Below are positions 28,778 to 37,599 of a stretch of DNA of 49,156 nucleotides, one piece after another. The stretch lies in NCBI GenBank assembly GCA_025455685.1, contig JALOMB010000012.1, positions 1 through 49,156 on the forward strand. The letters run 5' to 3'. This DNA comes from Chitinophagales bacterium. GTDB lineage: Bacteria > Bacteroidota > Bacteroidia > Chitinophagales > JADJOU01. Positions within the stretch are counted from its first letter, which is position 1. The number at the start of each line of letters is the position of its first letter. The notes under the pieces were generated by a model. It searched no databases. It had not been told where the DNA came from and saw nothing but the letters and a program-made list of their open reading frames with translations. Both the position numbers and the translations under genes were made by a program.

Positions 28778-30271
28778 TTATTTCAGTAAAATTAAGCTTT
28801 GGTATGTCGTATCTCCCTTAAAACCTAACCTTTGGTATTGTCTTAGAAGTCCTGTGTCAGATTTGTCAAAAAGGATAGCTTCTAGTCCTTTTGATTTCAT
28901 ATAGTTGATGCTATTTTCATCAAGGTGTTTTTGAAAAACGCTCGTCCAGCCACCACGTTTAGCTAGGTATAAACCGACACAAGTGCTTTTGTCTTGTGGT
29001 AAAAGAATTTTAGCATCTCTAGACATAGGCAATTTATCCAAAAAAGTATCTAATCCACGGTATGTATTGTATTCATCATCCCAAGGATAAGAAGTGTCAT
29101 AGCGAAACATCACAATATTTCTCGTGTTTAAAATGGATTTTAGGAGCATTAATCCTATCAATACACCCATCCAAGGAAACTTTCTAATTGGCTTATGATG
29201 CAACCATAAACCAATAAGCCCTATCATCGGCACATAATATGGAATCAAACCATAGTCATGATCGTGATAATACTCAAAAAACATAATAAATAAACCCAAA
29301 TATAAGAAACTCATTATTATAAGCAAGATAGCACTAGATTTAGCTTTTTTCCAGAAGTAAATAATCGAAAAAATATGTGTTATGACCCATAAACAAAATA
29401 ATATATAAGAAGTAAACTCATGAAGCCATTTCACATGAAAAATATAACCGATTTCTAGAATCCTTGTCCAATCTAAAGTAAAAATCGATCGGAGTCGCAT
29501 CGTAAAATACATCGGCTCGTATTGTGTGCTATACCAGTGCGCATATACAATCCAACTTAACTCAATCAACCCAGAAAGCACCATAAGAATCAAAAAATTT
29601 CTTAACTTCGAAAGAGGATAGGCTCCTATGCACATCGAATATAATCTATATCCGAAATAGACCAATAGCGGAAAAGCGGTTATTGGTTTGAGTAAAAGAG
29701 CTAGGCTAAAAAAAATAAAAGCGAAAACTAAAAATTTATTATGTGACGAAAGCTCAAAATTTCGCCAAAACCAAAAGCCTACAATGCCTAAAGCGATACT
29801 ATGCGTGTCTGGAAAAAATATAAAGCCAAAATACACCCATAAATTCGCCCCAAACCACCAATTCGTCAGCAAAAATGCGGAAACTTTATCCTTCAAATAA
29901 CTCAAACTCAAACGATATAAGGCCAAATAGCCGAGTAACATCGTCACCACAGACAGAGCCCTAAGCCAATATATATCAAATTGACCTGAAATTTGACTTA
30001 GCTTAGCCGCAATAAAATAATAAATAGGAAATTCTCCGACTTGCATTCCTTGAGATCTCATTTCATTGAGAAATTTAGGCGTCCAGAAACTCAAATTTTC
30101 CTGATAATACCGATAAGCGATAGAAATTCCATCGGATTGCCGCCAGATGTGCTGCCCACAGATATCCGCATGTAGAAACCCAAAGCCACCATGTGTAAAT
30201 CCCATTAACAGCAAGAATACGACCACTAAGCCTATTGTTTCCCACCAAGTTGTCGATACTATCTTGTTCAT
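28778..30271 (-). CDS. ArnT/GT39-like membrane glycosyltransferase (probable start 30271)
   Basis: HIWRQSD...EFPIYY motif and many transmembrane helices. The start at 30271 removes the overlap with the SpoU gene. Confidence 0.75.
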   Translation of the reverse strand: MNKIVSTTWWETIGLVVVFLLLMGFTHGGFGFLHADICGQHIWRQSDGISIAYRYYQENLSFWTPKFLNEMRSQGMQVGEFPIYYFIAAKLSQISGQFDIYWLRALSVVTMLLGYLALYRLSLSYLKDKVSAFLLTNWWFGANLWVYFGFIFFPDTHSIALGIVGFWFWRNFELSSHNKFLVFAFIFFSLALLLKPITAFPLLVYFGYRLYSMCIGAYPLSKLRNFLILMVLSGLIELSWIVYAHWYSTQYEPMYFTMRLRSIFTLDWTRILEIGYIFHVKWLHEFTSYILFCLWVITHIFSIIYFWKKAKSSAILLIIMSFLYLGLFIMFFEYYHDHDYGLIPYYVPMIGLIGLWLHHKPIRKFPWMGVLIGLMLLKSILNTRNIVMFRYDTSYPWDDEYNTYRGLDTFLDKLPMSRDAKILLPQDKSTCVGLYLAKRGGWTSVFQKHLDENSINYMKSKGLEAILFDKSDTGLLRQYQRLGFKGDTTYQSLILLK

Positions 30272-30276
30272 TTCGA

Positions 30277-30810
30277 CTAAAAAGTAAATCTGAGAAAATG
30301 CCAACCCACGATACTAAAAGAATTAGAGACATTATAAGAATGTTTCATGCCTTTTTGGGGAATTTCGATGCATTGGTCTACGAGTTCGAGCCATTCGTCG
30401 CAAATGCCCATGACTTCATTGCCTAAGATGATCGCTATTTTAGTATTATTTGGCATTTCTATCTTGTTCAAAGGTATAGAATTTTTGGTTTGTTCGATAC
30501 CTAAAATAGCAAAGCCATCTCGTTTTAGCTTTTCATACATTACCTTAATCTCTGGAAAAAACTGGTAATTCACGCTTTTTTCTGCACCTAAAGCTGTTTT
30601 TTGAAGTTCTTTATGGTTGAGCGGTGTTTCAATTCCGTTGGCATAAATGGTTTTAATCCCGAAACAGTCTGCGGTTCGGAAAATTGAGCCTACATTATAG
30701 GCAGAGCGAATATGGTCTAGGATAACGGTGAAATTTGGATTAGCTTGCTGTGAATAGGTCTCAGCGTCGATTCTCAGAAGTTCATCCATGGTTTTTTTAG
30801 GAAATTGCAT
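30277..30810 (-). CDS. SpoU/TrmH family RNA methyltransferase
   Basis: ILDHIRSAYNVGSIFRTAD, LGNEVMG, IEIPQKGMKHSYNVS. Confidence 0.92.
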   Translation of the reverse strand: MQFPKKTMDELLRIDAETYSQQANPNFTVILDHIRSAYNVGSIFRTADCFGIKTIYANGIETPLNHKELQKTALGAEKSVNYQFFPEIKVMYEKLKRDGFAILGIEQTKNSIPLNKIEMPNNTKIAIILGNEVMGICDEWLELVDQCIEIPQKGMKHSYNVSNSFSIVGWHFLRFTF

Positions 30811-30859
30811 TTGAATTTAGCTTTAGTATATGTTTTGTAATATTCGAGTGAAATAAAAA

Positions 30860-32491
30860 TCAAAAATCAATTTCTTGTATTTTCCATATAGCTTTAGCGT
30901 GTTTTGCCAAGTCTCTTTGTCTTGCCGCTAGTTTATCTTCATTCCATATATTGTAATTTTCATAAATTGATTTTGTGATTTCGCTTTGAGATTTTTTATA
31001 TAAATTTATCTTGTCATTATATGGTTTTTGGTCAGCCTCTCTATTTAATTTTTTTTCTAATAAAGTAAGATTTCCAACTCTGTAAATACAACGATTAATC
31101 TCTTCAAAAGTAAATTCTCCCCAAGTATAATCTGCATTTTCTGGCAAAATATGTTCTATAGTATATAAATCACTTTCAGGCTCAATTTCATTTTTAAATA
31201 GATAAAGTTCTATTTTTGACAAGATGTATTTCACTATTTTATGATTTCGGGTAGTGTTTTTAAACTCTTTGGTAGAAAAATCATTTTCAAAGTTTATATC
31301 ACTTACATAAATATTTTGAAAATCTAATATGGAAAAATCTTTTGTGGCAGCAATTTTTAAAGCTACTGTGTTGTAAACATCTTCTTGAGCATTAGGGTTG
31401 AGACCACCTATAATATTGTATCTAAAAGAAATAACTGAACAAATTTTAGCTAATTTTTTGAATTTATCAACTTCTAAATATCTAAGTGCAGCTATAAACA
31501 GAGAATAAGTCTGTCGTATTTGAAAAAGTTTTAATTCTTTTAAAGTTTTTCTGATTTCGGGTTTATCTTTCCAGATTTCATCTTCAGGATTTTGAATCGC
31601 TAAATAAATATCAGCGGTATCATTTAGATTTCTTATTAATTCGAAAACTTGGTCTTTTGTTTTTATGTTGTTTTTTATGGTTTTGAATAGATTTTTTTTA
31701 CCCACTGATTTATGGGTGCTGTTCCAGTAATATCGCAGATAATCTTCAACTTTTTGCTCGCCTAATTTGCCTACAATTTTACTCCAAATATTTTCTAGTT
31801 CTTCAATTTCTGAAATATGAGGCTTTGTTTCATCTACCACCGAAAATAAATAGTTTTTTAATAAATCAGATGAGGATAACTGAACGCCTCTGGCATTTAA
31901 GGTTTCAAACACTTTAAAGGCATTGAGTTGGTCCGTAACTTCAATTACTGTGAAAAACAATTTATCTACAATATTATCAATAAACGCCGCTAAACTTTCA
32001 CCCGTTTTAAATTCTTTTTTTATTCTATCATAATACCAATTAAAACATTCTCGCATATGTTTTTCAGAGGTATTGGTATTACGAAGTGGCAATTCTTTTA
32101 ATAATACCAAATGCTGTTTATAGTAATCATCGCTATTTCTGTTGAGTTTTAGTTTATTGTTTGAAATGAGCGTTACAGGATCTATATAGCCTATATAGCT
32201 ATTTAATAGACTATCTTTTCTTCTAAGGTTATTATCAGATTCAATACCATTATCCGCCAAGTCTTTTAAACATTTTAGGGTGGCAAGGATTAATAAACTC
32301 ATTGTTGTTAAATAACCCATATAATGTTCGCTTTCTTCATTAATGATTAATGCCTTAATATCTTGCCACAAATCGTCCCATTGCTCGGCTTCCCAAGTAT
32401 AATCTCGTTGAAATTTTGGTATTTCGTATCTAAGACCATTGCCCATCAATTGACGGTAGGTTTTATTAGAGGTGCCTTGTATGCCTTTCAT
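30860..32491 (-). CDS. DUF262-DUF1524 (GmrSD-type) restriction-like protein lacking the DGQQR motif
   Basis: IPKFQRDYTW and FETLNARG (DUF262), IEHILPE...GNLTLL...N (HNH-like DUF1524). HYMGYL runs straight into TTMSLL. Confidence 0.85.
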   Translation of the reverse strand: MKGIQGTSNKTYRQLMGNGLRYEIPKFQRDYTWEAEQWDDLWQDIKALIINEESEHYMGYLTTMSLLILATLKCLKDLADNGIESDNNLRRKDSLLNSYIGYIDPVTLISNNKLKLNRNSDDYYKQHLVLLKELPLRNTNTSEKHMRECFNWYYDRIKKEFKTGESLAAFIDNIVDKLFFTVIEVTDQLNAFKVFETLNARGVQLSSSDLLKNYLFSVVDETKPHISEIEELENIWSKIVGKLGEQKVEDYLRYYWNSTHKSVGKKNLFKTIKNNIKTKDQVFELIRNLNDTADIYLAIQNPEDEIWKDKPEIRKTLKELKLFQIRQTYSLFIAALRYLEVDKFKKLAKICSVISFRYNIIGGLNPNAQEDVYNTVALKIAATKDFSILDFQNIYVSDINFENDFSTKEFKNTTRNHKIVKYILSKIELYLFKNEIEPESDLYTIEHILPENADYTWGEFTFEEINRCIYRVGNLTLLEKKLNREADQKPYNDKINLYKKSQSEITKSIYENYNIWNEDKLAARQRDLAKHAKAIWKIQEIDF

Positions 32492-32510
32492 GTTGATGCC
32501 TTTTTTAAGG

Positions 32511-32518
32511 CAAATTTA
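32511..32518 (-). promoter_or_regulatory. -7 promoter element (TAAATTTG) for the DUF262 gene
   Basis: TAnnTTTG followed by C on the minus strand, 19 nt upstream of the ATG. Confidence 0.6.
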
Positions 32519-32561
32519 TTAATTTATTATTATTACATGGTTTTAATTTATATATTACTTC

Positions 32562-32782
32562 TCACCCCTTCAAAAATCCATTTTCATATACCTTAGGTTC
32601 TATTTTTTTGGCAAGAATTTTTAGTTGGTCTCTCAAGTTTGTAATTAGGTGGTTATAAGTGATATCATTGCTTTTGGGGTTCATGCGACCCTTTTTAGTT
32701 ACGACCTTGAAAATGTTCTCTTGTATCGTAAACTAGCGTTTACATTTATATTGAATTCTTCTTGGATTTTGGAGTATTTCAT
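32562..32782 (-). pseudogene. Collapsed gene remnant, possibly the two ends of a large restriction-modification-like gene
   Basis: ATG start MKYSKIQEE joined to NINVNAS/YDTREHFQGRN*/GRMNPKSNDITYNHLITNLRDQLKILAKKIEPKVYENGFLKG* with frameshifts. TAAATTTG promoter at 32802-32795. Family assignment is from memory. Confidence 0.6.
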
Positions 32783-32805
32783 AGAATTATAGCACAAATT
32801 TACCT

Positions 32806-34590
32806 TTAATGCACCAATAAAAAAGTACCTTTTTTAGTCACAAGCGTACCTTCCTGACTCGTATATGAGATCATGTAATGATAAGTGCCTGCTTCCTGCA
32901 ACTTGCCTTGATATTCGCCATTCCAACCCAAATCATATTGGTCACTCGAAAATATCTCTATACCCCATCGATTATAGATTTTCATAGAGTAATTTTTGCC
33001 TTCATATAACGAAAATAAAGGTTTAAATTCAGGATTTATACCTTTATACTTAAACGCATTAGGAATCTGAATAGTAGTTCGCATTAACACAAAATCGCTA
33101 TTAGATATACTCGAATAAGTCCTGCCCGACAGTAACAAAGGGGAATCAATAACATACTGTACTGATATTTTATAAAATATCGTATCACTCAAAGCATTGA
33201 TATCCTCAATTTTGTCAATGTACTGAGTTGTATTCGCAGATATTTGATCGATTTTTAAAAAATTGGGATCTTCTTTGGTTTTACGATAAATGACTATGTT
33301 TTTCAATTTTAATGCGCTAGAATTGTTGATACTCGTAATAAAATCTAATTGATTTTCGGTTCGCGACAATTGACTAGTATTTAGATATATCGAAAACAAA
33401 TCTAGTCCTTTTGTCAAATCAAAACATTGATTGAGAAATGTAGATTTGATGAAATAACGTTTTGGATTGACATTTTCAAAGTCTGCAGAATATAAGCCTC
33501 TTTCAATTTGAGTAGGCGTTCTGATGATTTTTTCATCGACCTTGGTGCTTAAATCATAATCATAAAGCTGAAACTCAAATCGGTCAAATTTAGCCAAAGT
33601 ATCACAAAACCATTTAAAATTCAAAACATTATTATCCATAAAACTAGAAGACACTAAATCAAACGCTCTAGGTGGAATAGACTTCTCAGAGCGAAATCTC
33701 AAAGTATTGCTTTTCGAATTATAGGCTGGATTGCTCGGATGATAGGCCTCTACGAAAATCTCCAAAGAGTCATTATAGTTAAAATCAGAGTATATATAGG
33801 TTTTTGCATTGCCAAAATTTTCTTGATGAACTATTTGAGGCCCGGTTTGGTTTTTATTGACTTTGACTACATATCTAGTCGGTTCATAGCCTTGATAATC
33901 ATTCCAAGAAATTCGGACTTCTCCAAGACAAGCATTAATGGAGGTCGTCATATATATAGTCTGATGAGCAAGCGAAAAAGGAGAAGTACCTAAATTCTTG
34001 CCACAAGAATCCATTGCAGCTATTCGATAGATATAAGGCTGATTCTGTGTCGCATTTAAGTCTGTGTATTGTGTCGTGTTTGCCCCTTTTGCTGTATCGA
34101 ATATTGAGTTAGGATATAGAATAGGAAACCCCCAAACTTGTTTATTTTGATATGGTTTCCAAACAATTGTTGGGAAATCATTTAAATAAGTCACATATAG
34201 AATTTCAGGTCTCGGGAAAGTTAAATTAGTAAACGTATCAGATGGAGAAGAAAGTGGAGAAGGGCAAGAATACTGCGCTTGTAGGTAGTAGTAGTGGCTG
34301 CTCGAAGTATTTATATTGCTATGTATGTAATTTTTGGTATTGGCATTGGTAATCGTAGTAAGTAAGGTAAAAGGACCATTTGGAACGTTAGCGGTATAGA
34401 GACGCACCTCTTGAAAAGTCCCACAAGTTACGGGAAGATAATCCCAAACTATTTCAATAGATGAATTGTTTAGATTTTGCACGCATTGTATCTTCACTGC
34501 ATCAAAGGATTGTGCTTGATTTACTTGGGCAAACAAAAAAATGAAGCTATAAAAAAACCATTTTGCAGTAGGTATCAAGGTTGTGTGCAT
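32806..34590 (-). CDS. T9SS type B sorting-domain (gliding motility-associated CTD) protein with FN3-like repeats
   Basis: C-terminus IPNAF...NPEFKP...MKIYNRWG...WNG...GTYHY...KKGTFLLV and repeated beta-sandwich units. Confidence 0.88.
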   Translation of the reverse strand: MHTTLIPTAKWFFYSFIFLFAQVNQAQSFDAVKIQCVQNLNNSSIEIVWDYLPVTCGTFQEVRLYTANVPNGPFTLLTTITNANTKNYIHSNINTSSSHYYYLQAQYSCPSPLSSPSDTFTNLTFPRPEILYVTYLNDFPTIVWKPYQNKQVWGFPILYPNSIFDTAKGANTTQYTDLNATQNQPYIYRIAAMDSCGKNLGTSPFSLAHQTIYMTTSINACLGEVRISWNDYQGYEPTRYVVKVNKNQTGPQIVHQENFGNAKTYIYSDFNYNDSLEIFVEAYHPSNPAYNSKSNTLRFRSEKSIPPRAFDLVSSSFMDNNVLNFKWFCDTLAKFDRFEFQLYDYDLSTKVDEKIIRTPTQIERGLYSADFENVNPKRYFIKSTFLNQCFDLTKGLDLFSIYLNTSQLSRTENQLDFITSINNSSALKLKNIVIYRKTKEDPNFLKIDQISANTTQYIDKIEDINALSDTIFYKISVQYVIDSPLLLSGRTYSSISNSDFVLMRTTIQIPNAFKYKGINPEFKPLFSLYEGKNYSMKIYNRWGIEIFSSDQYDLGWNGEYQGKLQEAGTYHYMISYTSQEGTLVTKKGTFLLVH

Positions 34591-35731
34591 TTTGATATAA
34601 TATGAATTTTTCTAAATCGACTAATAAGTCTTGCTTATTAAACACAAATTTAGAAAATTTAGTATAATTCATGTCTAATTTCTGCAAATATAAGAAAAAA
34701 TTTAATTCATTTTCTATATTATCTGTTTTATATCGATAGAATGCAAGGTATTGGTCATAAGTAAACTGCCAATCATGCTCCAAAAGAGCCCTAGATTGGA
34801 TAAATTCTTCTAATAAATTAACCACTTGTCTTGCCTGAGACTTTTTGGTTTGCATTTCGATTTGGAGTATGCTACAGTCCGCTATGAAGTATAGGTCAGC
34901 ACTCACGCCATAGGTCAACCCTAACTCTATTCTAAACTTCTTCATGAGCGCAGCATTCATGTATCCCGATAAGCCATATGCTATGATTTCAGCCAAAAGC
35001 ATTTCTTTTTCATCTTGGATTTGAAGCGGCAGCACAAACCGAATGGTGGCATTTTGATTGTCAGGAATTTTAATATAGGCAGTATCGCTAAACACTTTAG
35101 GGATAGTGACTCGTATTTTTTCTGATTTCATTTCCAAAGGAGCAAATGTATGGGCAAACTTAAAATCTACTTCTTTTTTCAAAGCATCATCGGGATATAT
35201 ACCTAGATTAAAGAAATTCTGTGTGCAGAAATATTTATGATAATCTTCCATAAGCTCGTCTATAGAAGTTTTTTTTACTTCTTCTTTAGTAATAGGAAGC
35301 AATAAAGGCTCTTTAAATAATAGCTGAATGCTTAAGATATTTATCTGAGTTTCTATTTGTTTTTCATCAAATTCTATTTGGGCGATGAATTGTTTCTTGG
35401 CAATTTGCAAATTTCTATGAGTTATCGTCAAATCTCGCCAAATATCAAGCATGGTTTCGATGTTTTGTGGATACATTGATTTGAGCATAATAGATTCGAT
35501 TAAAGTATCAAACCATTGACTTGAGGCAGTTAGCGATATTCCTTGACTATCGAGTAGATATGTGATTTTGGCGGCATTATATCTAGAAGAAGACTTGCGA
35601 AAAAGTTCAGCTATTAACGTAGGATTGGCTCGATTTGAAGCGTTATGTCTTCCATAGTCTATTACGGAGTATGTATGAATCATAGGATAATGCCTGTCTG
35701 CTCGTAGATCGAAACTTTTGAAATGTATCAA
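34547..35731 (-). CDS. M16 (insulinase) family protein, probably non-catalytic
   Basis: LSGYMNAALMKKFRIELGLTYGV motif. No HxxEH. TTG start. Confidence 0.7.
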   Translation of the reverse strand: MIHFKSFDLRADRHYPMIHTYSVIDYGRHNASNRANPTLIAELFRKSSSRYNAAKITYLLDSQGISLTASSQWFDTLIESIMLKSMYPQNIETMLDIWRDLTITHRNLQIAKKQFIAQIEFDEKQIETQINILSIQLLFKEPLLLPITKEEVKKTSIDELMEDYHKYFCTQNFFNLGIYPDDALKKEVDFKFAHTFAPLEMKSEKIRVTIPKVFSDTAYIKIPDNQNATIRFVLPLQIQDEKEMLLAEIIAYGLSGYMNAALMKKFRIELGLTYGVSADLYFIADCSILQIEMQTKKSQARQVVNLLEEFIQSRALLEHDWQFTYDQYLAFYRYKTDNIENELNFFLYLQKLDMNYTKFSKFVFNKQDLLVDLEKFILYQNAHNLDTYCKMVFL

Positions 35732-35747
35732 GGATTTGAATTTAGGG

Positions 35748-35755
35748 CAAAGATA
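35748..35755 (-). promoter_or_regulatory. -7 promoter element (TATCTTTG)
   Basis: TAnnTTTG followed by C on the minus strand, 16 nt upstream of the TTG start. Confidence 0.55.
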
Positions 35756-35825
35756 GTTTTTTTTGTATTCTTGAGGTATTTTTTCTTAAATTTGAATTTA
35801 ACAGATAAGTTTAAAAAAAAAAATC

Positions 35826-35833
35826 TATTTTTG
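35826..35833 (+). promoter_or_regulatory. -7 promoter element of dnaX (TATTTTTG)
   Basis: TAnnTTTG ending 4 nt before the ATG at 35838. Confidence 0.6.
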
Positions 35834-35837
35834 TACT

Positions 35838-36992
35838 ATGGATTCTCCGCAATTTGTTGCCTCTGCTAGAAAGTACAGACCCTCGAAGTTCAATGAAGTA
35901 GTTGGACAAGATATGACAATAGATACTTTGAAGAAATCCATTCTCACCGATCATTTGTCACATGCTTATATGTTTTGTGGACCTAGAGGCGTTGGCAAGA
36001 CTACGATTGCTCGGATTTTCGCTAAAACAATAAATTGTCTCAATATAACCGAAGATGGAGAAGCCTGCAATGTATGTAGCTCCTGTGCTTCATTTAATCA
36101 AAATAGCTCTTTTAATATTATAGAAATTGATGCTGCGAGTAGAAATAAAGTAGAGGAAATCAAATCATCTGTCATCGATTTAGTAAAATATCAACCTCAA
36201 AACGCTAAATATAAAATCTTTATCATCGATGAGGTACATATGCTCACATCTCAAGCCTTCAATGCTTTTCTGAAAACATTGGAAGAGCCCCCTAGTTATG
36301 TCAAATTCGTCATGGCCACGACCGATAAGCATAAAATCCTTCCCACTATTTTGTCTCGGTGTCAGGTCTATGATTTCAAAAGAATAGACGTAAACTCCAT
36401 AGTATCTTATCTCATTAAAATCTGCAATGCTGAGCAAATCGACTATGACCAAGAATCCTTGGAGCTTATCGCCGCTAAATCAGATGGTGGTCTTCGAGAT
36501 GCGCTTTCTCTTTTCGACAGATTATGTGCTTTAAATCAAAATAAGTTGGTCTATGATGCTGTCGTAGCTAATTTAAATATTTTAGACTTTGAGCATTTTT
36601 TTAAATTTACGCAGGCTATACAGTCAGAGGATTATGCGACATGTTTGACTTTGATCGATGAAATTTACGATTTAGGATTCGAGGCCGAGGCTATCAATGT
36701 AGGATTTGCAGACCATTTACGCAATATACTTCTAAGCAAAGATGCCAAGACCAATCAACTATTGCATATTAACCAAAAATATAAACCGCGATATCTTGAA
36801 GTCGCCAAATCTATGGAATTGTCATTCTTGATGAATTTAATTCAGGTTACTTCTGATACGGACACTTCTCTTAAATATGCTCAAAATAAACGCTTGTTGC
36901 TTGAGTTGAGCTTTATGAAACAGTGTTATATCAACAAATTGACTGCCTTTTCCATGACTCAAGTCATAGAACAAAAAAAAAATCCAAACTAA
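35838..36992 (+). CDS. dnaX: DNA polymerase III gamma/tau, zero-frame (gamma-length) product
   Basis: ARKYRP, GPRGVGKTT, four-Cys zinc module, EIDAAS, IIDEVHML, SRC. Confidence 0.96.
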   Translation: MDSPQFVASARKYRPSKFNEVVGQDMTIDTLKKSILTDHLSHAYMFCGPRGVGKTTIARIFAKTINCLNITEDGEACNVCSSCASFNQNSSFNIIEIDAASRNKVEEIKSSVIDLVKYQPQNAKYKIFIIDEVHMLTSQAFNAFLKTLEEPPSYVKFVMATTDKHKILPTILSRCQVYDFKRIDVNSIVSYLIKICNAEQIDYDQESLELIAAKSDGGLRDALSLFDRLCALNQNKLVYDAVVANLNILDFEHFFKFTQAIQSEDYATCLTLIDEIYDLGFEAEAINVGFADHLRNILLSKDAKTNQLLHINQKYKPRYLEVAKSMELSFLMNLIQVTSDTDTSLKYAQNKRLLLELSFMKQCYINKLTAFSMTQVIEQKKNPN

Positions 36993-37599
36993 TCCAGGAG
37001 AAATTACGCCAAATATAGACACTAAGGGAATTACACAAATTTATACCTCTAATAATGATGAGTCTAGCGATATGCCTCAGGTTAAAGTTGCACCTGTGCG
37101 AATCAATAATATCATTGAACCTAAAAAGAAATTTTCGAAACTTGAAGATTTAGCCGAAATGGTCAAAGAGAATTTGCCGAAAACCTCCGATAATATAGAG
37201 ATTACTCCATTAGATACCCCAAAAGTAACCTCTTTGAATTTACCAGAAGATTTCTGGCTTGTTGTCTTAGATAAATATCGAGATTTACCTAATCCACACA
37301 CCATTGTACTGTCGAGTACCGCTCAAATAGCGCAAGATAAAGTGCTACTTTTCACCTATTCCAAATTAAATTATGATTTTATTCGACAAGAATTACCAAG
37401 GGTTTCGGAAATTTTTTTAGAAATTTATCAAGTTGAGCCTACTTTTGAAATTTTATTAGATGAAACCTTGAAGCCCAATTACCAAAAACCTTTGGAAGAT
37501 GACGTATTGGCACAATATTTTGTCATAAAACCAGAATTGAAACATTTTTTAAATATGCTACAAGCTACCCCAAAAATTATAAAACCAGATGCATCATAA
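36970..37599 (+). CDS. dnaX: Probable tau-specific C-terminal part of DnaX (+1 frame)
   Basis: Open from just before the A run, 34 codons upstream of the ATG at 37072. Low-complexity linker then W...KPELKHFLNML, resembling Bacteroidota DnaX C-termini. Confidence 0.7.
   Translation, partial: NKKKIQTNPGEITPNIDTKGITQIYTSNNDESSDMPQVKVAPVRINNIIEPKKKFSKLEDLAEMVKENLPKTSDNIEITPLDTPKVTSLNLPEDFWLVVLDKYRDLPNPHTIVLSSTAQIAQDKVLLFTYSKLNYDFIRQELPRVSEIFLEIYQVEPTFEILLDETLKPNYQKPLEDDVLAQYFVIKPELKHFLNMLQATPKIIKPDAS
36973..36982 (+). other. A10 slippery run linking the two dnaX frames
   Basis: GAA C AAAAAAAAAA TCCAAAC TAA. The +1 frame opens at 36970 and stays open to 37599. Confidence 0.75.

Noticed and set aside
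30860-32491. Calling the DUF262 gene sspE of a phosphorothioate system
   Set aside because: No ssp or dnd genes are in the window, and the protein is shorter than typical SspE
35813-35823. A11 run in the dnaX promoter as a phase-variation switch
   Set aside because: Long A/T runs are common in these intergenic regions, and phase variation of an essential gene is unlikely
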